A stretch of 64,000 bases of DNA. Origin: Octopus vulgaris. Lineage: Eukaryota. This document shows positions 1 through 15,230 of the stretch, in pieces (position 1 is the first letter of the stretch; each line of letters begins with the position of its first letter). Where the stretch lies: NCBI GenBank assembly GCA_951406725.2, contig OX597814.1, forward strand, positions 61,876,001 to 61,940,000. The letters run 5' to 3'. Below the pieces are notes generated by a model. It did not search any database. It saw only the letters and a program-made list of their open reading frames with translations, and was not told the origin of the DNA. The position numbers were made by a program, and so were the translations under genes.

Positions 1-23
1 TCTTCTGGTTACCAAACCTCTTA

Positions 24-169
<146 letters not shown>

Positions 170-329
170 TCATGTAAATAACTCTTCAGTGGTACTTTGA
201 AATTTAGAATTATACTAATTTAACAAAAGAATTCTCACAGTAATAATTTGTTACATACCACATTTGCTTTAGTTGATTGGCAAACTCAGCAGAGTAGAAA
301 CATCACTTGCCAAAATTGGACGACACACA

Positions 330-900
330 AATGCCAAAAAAAAAACCAATACGTGTCTTTCAACCAATCAAGTGATTCCAAGCTGTTTACATTGAGTGGT
401 TCCAAATTCAAGATTTCAAGTACTTGGGTGATTGGGTGAGAAGTTCGGAAGCAGACATCCACATCAGAAAGGCACGAACATGGACAGCCAAAGATTTGGA
501 ACTCCAAATTGCTCAAGTGAATCAAAATCAATCTCTTCATGGCAACTGTCGAATCAGTGCTATTATATGGCAGTGAAACATGGACACTGACAAAGAAATT
601 ATCAAGCAGGATAGATGGCTGCTGCACAAAGATGCTATGAATGGTCCTAAACGTGAAATGGCAGCAACATATGACAAATGAATGCCTTTAAGGAGATCTG
701 CCGAAAGTTAGCGATAAAATTAGTGCGTGCGCCACCTTAAACTGGAAGCATCCAAATTAGTATTGTGGACCTCACTTCATGGTGATGTAAGAAGAGGTAT
801 ACATCGTCGCACTTACGTCGACAATTTGATTGCAGATACTGGCCTGAAAAGTATCCAGAACCTCGTGGCAGCGATGATGGACTGAGAAGTGTGACGGGTG
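330..900 (+). mobile_element. RTE-clade LINE, degraded 3' part of ORF2
   Basis: QDFKYLG...KIWNS...LFMATVESVLLYGSETWTLTK...DGCCTKML...W-H-TNE, with stops and frameshifts. These are RTE C-terminal motifs. Confidence 0.85.
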
Positions 901-1559
901 GACTTTGTTGCTGCGGCCCGAGTTGGAACCCGGTCATAAAAAGAAATAGATTTCGAGGATTTGAACTCAAAAATATAGATGGATAAAGCTAAATTTTATA
1001 AGACATTTATTCTGGAGCTCTTCTTTTCTTCTCACCAGCCATAGCTAAACGATAGAGAAAGTACATTCATGGGTCACTCATAAGTGAGTATGGCTTGGTG
1101 GTATGTACCATGTCTTCGCTAATTGTTTTAAGTACGTATGTGTCCTGAAGTAAATATACACAGCCTCTTGGCCCCTCCTCAGCCATTCTTCAGTAAAACA
1201 TCTTGATTATGACAGCTAGAGAGGCTGCAGCAGAGACTTAGACTAGATGAACTTGAAATGAAGCACCTTACTCAAGGATACAACGCACCGCCTGATTCAG
1301 GGTGTGAACCCAAGAGTCGAACAGCCCTAAATATTACGTCACGAGCCTTCACCTGTATAAGCAACTAAATAATTTCGTACGTGGAAAAAAATTATCTTTT
1401 TTTTCTCGAAATGCATTTCTGTAGATCTATAATAGAGTGGGAAATTGGATTGTGTGGAGTTTATAGGATTTGCAGCATAATTGATAATCAAATGGATGTT
1501 TTCAGGAAAAGAAGGAAAATTCGATGTTATGTATTTTCTGCCAATTTCATGACCGCAAT

Positions 1560-1846
1560 ATGTGTGTGTGTGCGTGCGTGCGTGCGTGTGTGTGTGTGTT
1601 TTGTGTGTGTGTGTGTGTGTGTGTGTGTATGCATGTATATGTATGTATATATTTATGTATTTATCCATATATATATGTATATACATATATTTACATGTAA
1701 ATATGTATATATATATATATATTTATATGTAAATATGTATATATATATATAAATGTAAATATGTATGTATATATATATATATATATATATCCACATCCAT
1801 GCATATATATATATATTTATACACACACACAGACACATACATACAT

Positions 1847-1906
<60 letters not shown>

Positions 1907-2019
1907 GATGTATGTATATATACGCACATAGATTTCTCTTAAAATTTCCATTCCATAACTGTTAAAGAACGAGAATAGAAATCTAGATAAATTAATAGAA
2001 ACAGTATATAAAGATAGAG

Positions 2020-2104
<85 letters not shown>

Positions 2105-2197
2105 GATAGATAGATAGATTTTTCTTAAAATTTCTATACCACAACTGATAAAGAACTGGAATAGAAGAATAGAAACCTTAATAAATTAAAAGAAACG

Positions 2198-2246
<49 letters not shown>

Positions 2247-2377
2247 GTTTCTATACATGCATATACATATACATATACATATACATATATATATACATAT
2301 GTATATATATATACATACATATACATACATATATGCATATATATACATATATATGCATATGTATATATATGTATATA

Positions 2378-2430
<53 letters not shown>

Positions 2431-2490
2431 TAATAACATAATATATATATATATGCATATATGTATATATGTATGTATCTGTATATATAC
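1560..2490. repeat. Compound microsatellites (TG)n, (TA)n, (GATA)n
   Basis: Directly visible. Confidence 0.95.
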
Positions 2491-3059
2491 GTAACAGTTT
2501 CTGATAAGTCGTTTTGATATTGATAAACACAAGGAAATTTACATAACGTTACACGGATGACAGCTACATACTAATAGCATTATAATTCATGAGATGCTCA
2601 CAGAACTGTGAGGATTCATACAATAATATCTGTATTCCTTTTTAGTACGTTCCGGAAGACTGGAAATTAAATAGCTGATCACTGTTGTTTTCCGTCATCG
2701 AAGAACTTCTCTCTTAAGACGCGACTCACCGGTGTACGGAGGCTTTCGGACACAGAGCTACCCAACCGGACCAATAAATCTAACAAGAATGCGTGCACTT
2801 GTTTATAAAAATCAACAAACCAGTCGCTATTAATTATCGCTGTTGACGAAGTTCGAATCTAGCAAAGCATAATGAGAATAAATAGATACGTTAATGCCTG
2901 GATTATCGCTAGTCTTTGGGTGCCCCATGAATTATTACATTTGGCAAACACCAGGATGCGTCAGCGAGTATTTTGTTTGCTAATTACTATAAATAATAGC
3001 TCATCGGTCCGACAGGAAGCTTTGACTAAGGATACATACAATGTGTGCATACAAACATG

Positions 3060-3232
3060 CATACATACATACATACATACATACATACATACATACATAC
3101 ATACATACATACATACATACATACATACATACATACAAATACATACATACATACATACATACATACATACATACATACATACATACATACATACATACAT
3201 ACATACACACACACATACATACGTACATACAT
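3060..3232. repeat. (CATA)n microsatellite
   Basis: Directly visible. Confidence 0.95.
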
Positions 3233-3235
3233 ATC

Positions 3236-4030
3236 ATAGGCCAACAACCGAATTACAAAGTCCCATTTTGAAGGTATGTGTTGTGCTTGCAATCCAGGAG
3301 CAGGAAATATCAACCAAATATCTGATGTAAAAAAGGGACAGAGACGCAGGCAAAACAACAAAATATGATAGTCGATGCAGACTTTGTGGAGTTAAAAACC
3401 GAAGATATTGCCCATATCATAAGCAGCTGTTCGAATATGCCATCACGGTATATGTACCGAAAAGTTATGATGCTGTAGCTAAGACATTGTACAATGAGAT
3501 CCGTCGGAAAGATGACCCCGAAACCAAAGAAATAAGAACGCACAATATGGTAGTGACTAACCATAGCCAATCATAATAAGGAATACTGGTGGAATGTTCC
3601 ATCAAAAAAACTTAATAAGATGTAGACATAATAAACCTGACATAGTGACTTGGAATAAAGAAGAGGAATTGTGTACAGTTGTAGAAATCAGTTGCCCAGC
3701 GGATGTTAGAAAATAGTTACGCTGGACCATTAAGAAATCTACTGTTACTCTACCCAGATTACAAGTTTCGTTTTATACTTGTAATTATTGGTGGGTCATG
3801 GGCTATGTAACACACTGCCTAAATACCAATCTTGAGAAATTAGACTTCTCAAAACCAGAAAGGAGAAAGCTGATTTGAAGACTACAGATCCAAGCCATCA
3901 CTGGCACTGTAAAAAACTGTGAAACTTTCCAAAAGTTTATTATTTAGGTATATATGAACATGTCTAGACATGCAACTATATGCATGAGAATACATACATA
4001 AAACAAAACATGCAAATCTGCACATACACT
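3236..4030 (+). mobile_element. RLE-type (R4/Dong-like) non-LTR retrotransposon, 5'-truncated
   Basis: IQEQEISTKYL; CCHC knuckle CRLCG..EDIAHIISSC; EYWWNVPI; HNKPDIV..VVEISCP (PD-(D/E) restriction-like endonuclease). Abuts (CATA)n. Confidence 0.85.
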
Positions 4031-4049
4031 GACTCCTAGTATTGCATAC

Positions 4050-4566
<517 letters not shown>

Positions 4567-4691
4567 AATATGTACAAATACCCTGTTGATGTTAAAATTC
4601 CAATGAGAGCGCCTTGGATATTGGCAAGAAATCTTGAAATAAAACTGAATAATGACATCCATACATACACAATTTCATCATCGTAATGTGT

Positions 4692-4722
<31 letters not shown>

Positions 4723-5361
4723 CCTGTGTGTATGTGTGCATCTGTGTGTCTCTGTTCGCGCGCGTGCGTGCTTGTGTCTGTATGTGTCGTGAAGAAAGAC
4801 ACATCTCTGGTGAGAAGGAGTCTTCTGTGGGTTTGACCATCTCAAGAGAAGAGGAATCCATACCCTGCTCGAGTGAAATTATCTTCACAGCCATTCGCGA
4901 AAAAAAAACAAACAATAAAAATGCTCTATGAAATGCCTGAGTAGGATCCAAACGAAGTGCAGATCATTCAGGAGATGGCATCAAAGTACAATTCCCGCCC
5001 TGAAAACTATAAGCTATTCGTAAAATTTTCCACATTTTACAGTTTTATATGTAAGCTAATCGCTTGACATGGGCCCTTCCTCGTTCATTCCCCAAGATTT
5101 ATGTGGTACCTTGATCAATGCGTGTAGACATTTAAAATTACAGATAAGCGCGCGCATACACACACACACACACACATATTGTTATACTTATTGTGTATTT
5201 TATTGTGTACTGGCCTAAGTATCCGGGGTTGGTCGGCAGTTTAAATAATGTTAAAGGAAATAAATATTTATGTATGTACGTGTATATGAGAGATTATGGG
5301 TATACGTGTGTTTGTGTGCGAGTGTGACTGGCCCTAGCCATTTTACACATACATGACAACA

Positions 5362-5405
<44 letters not shown>

Positions 5406-5815
5406 CAATCACTCGCATATTCGCTCACTAAAAAAAGATGCGAGAAAAACTAAATAAAGAAAATTTACGCTATCACTCTCTCCCTCTCTCTCTCTCTCTC
5501 TCTCACACACAATAACACACACGTTCTCTCTCTAACAATAAAAGTGAAACTATAGCGTTATGAAATGGGAAACTATTATACCACTGAAAAAAATCGGAAG
5601 GGTTGTATAGGGGCACATCTCCCTGTATGGGCAAGGGCCAAAATCTAACCCCTCTAGAACCTTCCCCGAGTAATGAAAAACCTCCATGCCAAATTTGGTA
5701 CAGATTGATCCAACGGTGTGGCCGTGCTTCCTTCTTTCCTGAGCGTCTAATAATACTATATTTGTTCCACGTCCTCGCGTTGTTGTGTTTTTTTTGTGCT
5801 TTCTTGTTTGGATTA

Positions 5816-5894
<79 letters not shown>

Positions 5895-5920
5895 CATTAT
5901 TATTATTATTATTATTATTA

Positions 5921-6042
5921 CTTTTTTTTTCTTCTTTCAAATTTGCTTCCATTTCTTGCCGAGTGTCTTCCCGACTCCTAGGGCAAAGAAACTCATAGTA
6001 TACATTGGTAGGCCATTAAACCAAACTCAATAGTTCGTTCTA

Positions 6043-6044
<2 letters not shown>
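5921..6044 (-). mobile_element. Short probable retroelement 3' end inserted in (TAA)n
   Basis: Unique 120-bp segment flanked on both sides by (TTA)n, with an A-rich end on the minus strand. Confidence 0.45.
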
Positions 6045-6109
<65 letters not shown>

Positions 6110-6949
6110 CATGTTTCATTTATTCCGTGTAATTATTTGTATTTTTTATTTTACAAATTTTAAACTCATCCCATTATATACTCTATAACATCTTTCACTT
6201 TTTTAAGTGTGATAATATAATCTGTTGGTCTTACCTCACACGTGTTTGTAAGTACCCTGTTTCACGTTTTTCGTATTTTATTATGTCTTCTAGTCTTGTG
6301 GCTAATAGAGGAAATATATTACCCTCATCATCATCATTATCAGCTATCCTCTTCCTCCCCATCATCATCATCAACCATTATCATCAATCATCATCATCGT
6401 CATCATCATCATCATCATCGTCGTCGTCGTCGTCGTCATCATTTATTGAAACCTACGGACATTTTCGAAATAGCTTCGAATTATTTGATAAAACTACAAG
6501 ATATTCTCCTACTTGGGGTAGAAAAAAGTTCTGCTTTTCAAACATTCATATCATTTTAAAAAATAAATTGTTACTAGTTATTTCATTTAAGTTTCCGAGA
6601 AATTAGGTAGTTATTCTGGAAATAAACGAAAAAGCAGGGATTAGACCGCTAAAGAAACATTTTTGAAAACACTACATGCTTTGAAAATAAAGAGAAACAG
6701 ACAAAAAACATGACCAGATTTGGAAAAAAAATATTCAAACAGTATTTAGCACGAAAGGCAATAGCAGGTTTGTTGCATTCCTAATTAGATAGAGGCGATA
6801 GCTCTAGGTCTATTTCTAGAAAATAAAAGTACATGTTGGAAATTTTACAAAGGGCGGTACCGCCTAACTCACGAAATACAACCAGTAACGGGCAAGAAGG
6901 AAATAACGTATTTGTTATTTGAAAAAACAAAAGAAACTTTCATATGTTC

Positions 6950-8010
6950 TCAAAGAAATGGTTAGGAGAAACCCTGGTTGGTATATAGTACGTTGTCCGA
7001 GCCACTGGCTGAAACAGGGTGCATGGAAGCATGTTTATAATCTTTAAGCCCGATGATAAAGCGAAGCAACAAACGGAATTATTATTCCACCCACTACTCA
7101 CAGGTGAGTACCACGATATTTGGAGCGACGGCCATGGATATTGGTAATGACATTGATCTTTGGTTTGTCCTGTTACCAGGACATTACAGCACATGCATTT
7201 GTTGAATGTGGAGGTGGCATAAAATGTCATGTATTTGGAAGGGGGTTATATGGATGTGCAATTTATGATAACCACAAATATATTCCGGAACTGTACCACA
7301 TTTTACTTTCCAAAAGAAAACCAATTAAACTGGTGATTCAGAACTGGAAGCCAAGTTGTTAAAAGTATTGTTGTAAAAACCACTTGAGGAATTTCTATTT
7401 AGAGAAGAAGGAAAAACAAAAGAACTAAGAATGCGACGGACAATGATAGAAGCAGAAACAACAATGACAGGTTCTTGAAACTTCTACTTCTAGAACAGCA
7501 CCGGTCGCAGCTCTGTAGCTAGCAAACTGGAAAATACATTCTTTCACAACGGGAGCCGGCGACCAGGAAGCCGAGAGGCTCCTCTATCACTAATACTCTC
7601 CCTTATCTTGCAACGTTGAAGAGAAAATATAGACTTAAGAGCAGAATGTATTAGTCCGGAAGGGAAGAAGAAGGGAAAGACCAAAAAGGAAAGAATGAGA
7701 CTAAAGCAATAGCCTATAAGACACATCAAAAAGACCCACCTGTTGGGACAACATGAGATTACGGTCGTTCGAAGCACGAACGGGATCCTGGTAGAACTAA
7801 TGAATGTCAGAAGGAGGTGAAGTGGACGAAATGTTTAGTAGAGAGAAGGAAATTGGACTACAATTCAAAAGTCACTCAGAAAATAAATTAGTGTCGAAAA
7901 AATACACACGGAAAGTTCATCACAACTCGCAACAAGCTTATCCAGAGGACGTGGGATGCTTAATACCTCCAGAACAGAGGATGCAGATGGGTATTTTTAG
8001 ATGGTAGTCT
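6950..8010 (+). mobile_element. Highly decayed LINE ORF1-like region (tentative)
   Basis: IKLVIQNWKPSC*KYCCKNHLR resembles a gag-like knuckle. Purine-rich coding-like composition with many stops. Confidence 0.3.
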
Positions 8011-9099
8011 GAATCAAGTGTATTTGCGTTCTCTTTGTTTTGTACTGGTGTTGTTTGTCATTTTACCAAGAGTCAGATGTTGTACTTTGTTAATATTGAA
8101 GTTGTATATTTACAGAGAGAGTATATAGTATAGTATAGAATAATATTCAAATACTTTTCAGTAATCAATCCATGTTATTTTAAGATTTGTTTTCCTATTT
8201 TTACTGTTTTCTTTAATGGTTCGACTCACCAGTAGCTGCTTTTGACAGCCACGCATAGGACATACTGATCTTTTCATCTTGAATGATTAATATTGTCCAC
8301 CACCACCATCCACCAGCAGCCAATCAGGCATTGATTCTGGTTTGTTTGGCATTTCACTGAAAACTACTGCTATATATCTATTGGTAACTGTCAAGTGCTT
8401 TAGCCAGAAAGTAGGGATTTTGTCGCTCACAGAATAGTGTTTTTTAATTACTTGTAGTTCTTAATGTATTGCTTACTGATTATAGTGGACTTTGCCGTCG
8501 GTGCTACTATTTGATTCTCATTGTTGCTCTTCCATTTTGATTTATTGCGCTTTTTCATTGTGTTGACTGTCTTTGTTCTATATTCCATCCCAGCATGCTT
8601 CAGTTAGATCTATTCTCCAGTGTTGTATTTTCTTTTATTGTCCCTGAAGAATATTTTGGTATTTGAAATGTCATATTCTGTTAAAAAAGTTCGGGTTTTT
8701 CGAAGCTAGTTATCCTGCCTGCTTTTCCTGATACGATCTGTTTAAGCTTTTCTTTTGTCTCCGCTATGTCTCTATTTTTGTTAATATTATACTTTATTGA
8801 CATTAAACTTATATATTATATTTGTCATTGATATTATATTGATATTATATTTATTTGCACCTTTTTTTGTTTATTGGGGTTTTTTTCATGTTCGATCTCT
8901 CTTTTTTCTATTTCGCTAAAACTGATAGAATTTTGTTTTCCAAATGATTATGTATAATTTCATTTGCATTTGCATGAGGAGGTTTAGTGAAGGAAATTAT
9001 CCTATGAAGATCAAACCCGGTTTTCTCAATACTGCAACTGAATAGATCCGATCATTCAGCCTGTCTTTATTTGAAGTTTGTTGCCGCAGATAGAATTTC

Positions 9100-10700
9100 T
9101 TTCAGGGGTCCTGTTACATTTATGTATTCCTTCGTAGAGCTACACAACATATCATATAGTTTTCATGGAATCTTTCGTGACGGTAGGCATTAGAAACAAA
9201 TTCTGGAAAAAGCAGCAATCACTCACATAGTAAGTTATATGAAAGCTTTTTGCTACTAATTGCATTACATATGAAATCTGCTCTTGCATGAGTACAAAAG
9301 GAATATCTCAAAAGACAATTTGAACCAAGTTAAAAACAGAATGTCAATGTGTACGTGAAGGTTTGCCCTGGCATTTACAATCAAGCTCTCCTCGACCTTT
9401 TACGTTGAGTACATGCAGTGAATAGGATATTGATTAACTGTGAGATACCTGGGATATATAGAAATTTAGAAGTAGCCCACGAAAAATTTCAGGAGACAAA
9501 CTACAATATTCAGGCTTTGGTGATTTTATGGATGCAAAGGAATATCGATGGTCTGAGATATGCTTATAATTGCATCAGAATGGCAAAGAGAGATTTTTCT
9601 TCATTGATTCCTTTGATAGCACAAGAAAGGCATTTTCTTGGGCTACAAGAATTTAACCAAAGGTAACATAATGCCTTAGTGGTGGCTTCAAGTGGAATTG
9701 CAGCAACGTTTCTGGGTTGTGGAATAACTGACAGCATTGCATGACATGAACAATATCTGTGTAAAATCTGAAGACCTCCCCCATGTGCAATATCCTGTAA
9801 TAATGCAAGCTGATCATCTGAATAAGCCAGAAGTAAGCAACTGATGTCTTGGATCCGACAATGCAGGATCTGCGAGATAACACATATATAGCAAGAGAAA
9901 TTGCAATATTTCTTACAAGTGATTTTAGGCAAACTCTTTCTGTAATTCCTCGTGAGAACTTCGTTGACCAGATCAATGCCTGTTTAAAAACCTCTTGTCT
10001 CTGACTGTATGTACAACAAATGTTTGATTGGTGGTGATACTGTTTATGAATTTGCCAATCATCTACTCAAAGTAGGATACAGACTTCTTTGAAAGCTTGT
10101 ATCCTACTTTAGAGCAGTAACCATATCAATGGAACACAACAGGAACTGACCACTCGAGCCTTTCCTAGTATTCGCATCAGATAATATTGTCCTAAAATGG
10201 CCAGTGAATGAGCAATCCTATCAAGACATGTCGTTGAGAGAAATCAACAGAAGAGTTACTGATATGCTGCCAGAGAGAAAAGCTGTCACAAAGTAATAGA
10301 CAGAGTCTCATCGCAGGATTGCGCTTTAAATTATCCAATCGAAAGTTAGAACAAGTTTGGACCAGCAAGAATTCATCCGCATGTTCTAATGTTTGAGCTT
10401 GGAGCATAACATATGCTACTTCGTAACTTAGATCCTCCAAAAGTAGCACAAATCTTACCACTAAAAATATGAGGCCTTATGTACAGGAGGTTACAATGAT
10501 GCCAGAAGATTTGATAGTAGCAGTTGGTTTTTTTCCATAATACCACTGAAGCGAGATAAATTGCTATTTCAATTTCATGAGATCTGAACATGGCAGCTCC
10601 TACCTTTTAACATGTTCAGCTTTATGTTGCAACTACAACAGTCGGAAATCACGATTGTCTTTCATCTTAGCAAAATTAAGAATATTGTTTATCCTTGCAT
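9100..10700 (+). mobile_element. Helitron PIF1-helicase relic
   Basis: VASSGIAATFL (~9680), DFRQTLSVIPR (~9920), NACLKTS, EFANHLLKVG, QLYVA..VG and KNIVYP appear in order, heavily frameshifted. Confidence 0.85.
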
Positions 10701-10766
10701 AAATGTTTCACTCCTTTAGTTTATAGTGAATACCGGAAAATACACAGTCTTGCATAGTGATTACAC

Positions 10767-10840
<74 letters not shown>

Positions 10841-10919
10841 ATGAATGTATGTATGTATGTATGTATGTATGTATGTATGTATGTATGTATGTATGTATGT
10901 ATGTATTATGTATATACAG

Positions 10920-11180
10920 GTTACGGCGTGTGGTAAGTGGTTAGGGTATTCGGCTTACGATCGTAACTCGTGAGTTCGATCCCCAGCGGCGTGTTACGTC
11001 TATGAGCAAAACACTTTATTTCACATTGTTCCAGTCCACTCAGCTGGCCAAAATGTGTAACAAGCTGAATCTTTCTGAGAACTAAGTCAAGGGTACATGT
11101 GTCTGTGGAGTTCTCAGTCACTTGCACTTTAATTGTATGAGCAGGTTGTTCCATCGATCGGATCAGCTGGACGGAGTGCT
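10920..11180 (+). mobile_element. tRNA-derived SINE (second family)
   Basis: ggcgtgtggtaagtggttagg...gagttcgatccc A/B boxes followed by gagcaaaacactttatttcac..ccagtccactcagctg. Related copy at 14935. Confidence 0.75.
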
Positions 11181-11185
11181 ATTTA

Positions 11186-11225
<40 letters not shown>

Positions 11226-11466
11226 ATCTCTTTCTATCTCTCTCTTTCTATCTCTCTCTTTCTATCTCTCTCTCTATATATATATGTACATACATATATA
11301 TATATATATATAAATAAATATATATATATATATATGTGTATATATACATACATATGCACACGCACACACACACATATACATATTAAAAGTAATTAAGTTA
11401 ATATCCGGTCATAGAGTGACCAAAGGTTACGCATCCAGAAAGGCCTTAGCCTTGCAGACATCTCGT

Positions 11467-11556
<90 letters not shown>

Positions 11557-11569
11557 GCTATATATATAT

Positions 11570-11880
11570 GCAGGAGTGGCTGTATGGTTCCGGGTTCAGT
11601 CCCATTGTGTGGCACCTTGGGCAAGTGTCTTCTACTATAGCCTCGGGCTGTGTGTGTGTATGTTTGTGTGTCTGTGTTTGTCCCCCAACATCGCTTGACA
11701 ACCGATGTTGGTGTGTTCACGTCCCCATAACTTAGCTGTTCGGCAAAAGAGACCGATAGAATAAGTACTAGGCTTACAAAGAATAAGTACTGGGGTCGAT
11801 TTGTTCGACTGAAGGCGGTTGTCCAGCATAGCTGCAGTCAAATGACTGAAATAAAAGAAGAAGGGAATAAAAGAATAAAA
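11570..11880 (+). mobile_element. tRNA-derived SINE (dominant family), internally deleted
   Basis: gcaggagtggctgt..ggttccgggttcagtccc head and aaatgactgaaataaaagaa tail. Confidence 0.85.
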
Positions 11881-11898
11881 GTATATATATATATATAT

Positions 11899-13095
11899 AG
11901 GGGTAAAGTCAAAAGAAAAAAAGAAAATGCACACTAGTTATAAAAGTAATGGGTTTTTTAATAAAAACAAAGATATATACCGTAAATCTTTGAGTATAAT
12001 ACGCACTTTGTTCCCAAAATTTAAAGGTCAAAATCCCTAGTGCGTACTATATACGAGTCTAAAAATGAAAAGTATTTTCTAAGCAATGTCCGAGTCTCTA
12101 TTTGCTGTCCGGCAATGTTTATTCAGACGCATTTTATGATGTGTGGCGCAAAAATACCTTAAGCTAAGCCTGAAAGCAATGAAGTCATAAAAGAATCATC
12201 CATAACTTGCAGTAAGCAACATTTATTAAAATAAAAGTATTCAGAACACAGAATAACATGTAACAAAAACAATTTGCAAACATATTTACGTTCCCATATA
12301 ACAGTTAAGAACATCACCATTATTGTATTACGCATGCGCGGAAGTGTTTGTTCGAATAGGTGCTGCTGGCTTAATTACGCACGAATTGTGCTTAATAGTT
12401 TAGCGCTTAATAGTTCATCCTGCTATTTGTATTGGCAGTTTGCATCATTACTGTGACAAACAATAGATACTTAATTAAATACCAGTATTAAATGTTTGAA
12501 CTACTGTGGGCCTTTACTAGGGTTTTTTATAAGCGGGACTTAAACCTGTACATTAATCTCCAATAAAACATTTTAGACATTATATGCCCATAAAATGCCT
12601 CGTAGATCTTATTCAGTTATGTTTAAACTTGAAGTTATATCATATGCTGAAGCGCATGGTAATAGGGTCGCCGGAAGAAAATTTGATGTTGACGAAAGCA
12701 ATGTCAGGTTATGGAGAAGAAATTAAACAGATGCCAAAGATAAAGAAGGCAAGATTGCAATAATAAAGGACGTTACCGTATACACTTTTACAAACCAAGG
12801 TTGTTATATAGATTTCCTTGACTCAAGTTAGAGAAGGGGTGCGTATTAAACACAAGGTTTAGGTTTTTCAGAGGTACATCCCTCTAAAAATCCCCTGCAT
12901 ATTATACTCAAGGGCGGACTATACTCGAGGATTTACGGTACATACAAATAAATGATTTGAGGTGGAATAAAGAAATGTAAAAATCATTATTATGAGTCAA
13001 TATATATTTGTATGTATATATCTTTGTTTTCATAAAAAAGCCATTACTTTTATATCTAATGTGCATTTTCTTTTTTTCTTTTTACTTTACCCACT
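11899..13095. mobile_element. AT-rich hairpin MITE interrupted by a pogo-like element
   Basis: 11899-11977 (gggtaaagtcaaaagaaaa...aacaaagatata) is the reverse complement of 13017-13095. Confidence 0.75.
11980..12938 (+). mobile_element. pogo/Tigger-like non-autonomous DNA transposon with a Brinker-type HTH remnant
   Basis: TIRs ccgtaaatctttgagtata / tatactcgaggatttacgg with a TA TSD on both sides. ORF 12595-12726 is MPRRSYSVMFKLEVISYAEAHGNRVAGRKFDVDESNVRLWRRN*. Confidence 0.88.
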
Positions 13096-14355
13096 ATTTA
13101 TACGACGTGCAGTCTTTTTTCTTTGAAACCTGTTTCTATTATATATATTGATATGGGGGGTCAATTCGGAAACAGTGCTATGACCTACTTTTGCTGGTTT
13201 GTAGTCTTGAAGTCTGGGATATAAAGTTATTGTCCTTTGTTCTGCCATTTTCTGGAGAGAGTGATGACTTTTGAAGAGACCTTCGACCCTGTGCCGGTCA
13301 AAGAAGGGTCGAGGAAGCTACCCTTTAAAAAGCGGGAGCTGTGAGTCTGTTGGACAGTTCGGCCGGAGACAGTGAATTGGTAACAGGGCAGTTTAGGAGT
13401 TCTGCCGGAGACAGTGAATGTGAAAGACAGACAAGCGAGAGGTATGACAGCGTAGAGGAAGACAGGCAGATAGGATTAAGAAGAGCGAGAGAGAGGGACT
13501 ACGGTATGAAGGCATTTGGCTATTCGTAGTAGGAGTTGTAACTAGAAAATGTAACGGTATGTGTTGTTTATGTTTTGATGTGTTAAAGAAGGAAAAAGAA
13601 TTGTTGAAATGTAAAAGAATTGATGATGTAAAAAAAAGGAGGAAGAAGTACTGAATTAAAGAAAAGAGATTGTGAAAAGAACTGTGTTACAGAGTTGATG
13701 TGAAGAAAGAGAAAGACTTTAATGTAGACATTATTTGAACTTTGAACTGTATCGTGAACATTAATTGATCTGAACTGATTTGTCTCTGAACTGTATATTG
13801 TACCTGCATGCTTTGATCTTGTTAATTTTGTTGCATGTTATTCTCTTTGATGTACCTGATGTATTTTACATTGTATTTGATGTCGTAATTGTCATAAACT
13901 GTTGTTAAACGTAAGCCAGCCTTCCGCCGTGTCTCTCTGTATCTCTGCTGTTGTTGTTGTTCTCTCCGGTCGCCGGTTGCCGAGTTCGCTGCCGCCTTCC
14001 CCCCACCGAATTCTCTCTCTGAGTCCGTGGCGAATTCACCGTTCGATCGATCCGGTCGATCGTCGTCGCTCGACTTGGTAGGGTCCCGGGTTTCCGAAGA
14101 GTTTGAGCGACGGCAGGTATTCGTAACAATATATTTAAAGTTCTATTATATATATTTAAAGTTAAATCTGGTATTAAATAATTAAGATTTAGAAAGGAGG
14201 CGTTAAATGGAGTATCCAAATCTTGTTTCAGGGTAACTCCCAGCTAGTGTGCCTGCAGAGCACGTTCACCACTTATGGCTACTAGGCGTCATCAGCGTTA
14301 TTGTGCGTTCATCGTTGAATCTACGTCCGGAATTTCGAGGTACGCGTAGGGCATA

Positions 14356-14618
14356 TTTTAAATGATTAATACTGAAGACGGAGTATAATTAGAAGCATTT
14401 ATTCGCACAGCAATCGTTTCGGCTTCATTCTACACTGCTCCTTAAGGGGCGTGGGACGTTGTAATGACATCAGATGCAACGCACAGTGCAAAAGAATCTC
14501 CTCGGGTGACATAACATGTTTTAAATGTTAACAGAATTACATTTCATTTTTGCTACAGGTTATATATGCAAATAAATGCTTCTAATTGCACTCCGTCTTC
14601 AGTATTAATCATTTAAAA
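14356..14618. repeat. Inverted-repeat element (~50-bp arms), possibly Penelope-derived
   Basis: ttttaaatgattaatactgaagacggagtataattagaagcattt pairs with aaatgcttctaattgcactccgtcttcagtattaatcatttaaaa. Confidence 0.7.
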
Positions 14619-14934
14619 AAATATATATAGTAATACTCCACTTTACGAGGAGCCGCTTTAAGAGACCCTGAGTTTACGAGTTTATTTTTTGCTTACGGGT
14701 TTTCGCGCTACGAGCGTTCTCCGGAAATGAATTAACTCGTATATACATACATACATACATACATACATACATACATACATACATACATACATACATACAT
14801 ACATACATACATGCATGCATACATACATATATATACACATACATATACATTCACACATATGCATATACACATACATATACACATACACGCGCGTACCCAC
14901 CCACACACAGACGCACGTACACACACACACATGC

Positions 14935-15230
14935 GTGAAGGCTCGTGGCCTAGTGGTTAGGATGTTGTACTCGTGATTACTGGATCGTGGATTCGATTCC
15001 TGGACTGGGCGGCGCGTTATGTTCTTGAGCAAAACACTTCATTTCACGCTACTCCAGTCCCCTCAGCTGTAAACGGGTAATCCTGCGGTGGGGTAGCCTT
15101 CCTATCAGGGAGAATTGTGGCCTGCCCGCCTAGCCAGCGGCGTGGCATTATTCGAAGACCAAAACAATGCGAAGTGCATTGTGACCAGCGATGTATAACA
15201 ACGTCTGATTGTCTGGATACATATACCGTG
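14935..15230 (+). mobile_element. tRNA-derived SINE (second family)
   Basis: tggcctagtggttagg A box and ggattcgattcc B box, followed by the gagcaaaacacttcatttcac core. Confidence 0.75.
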
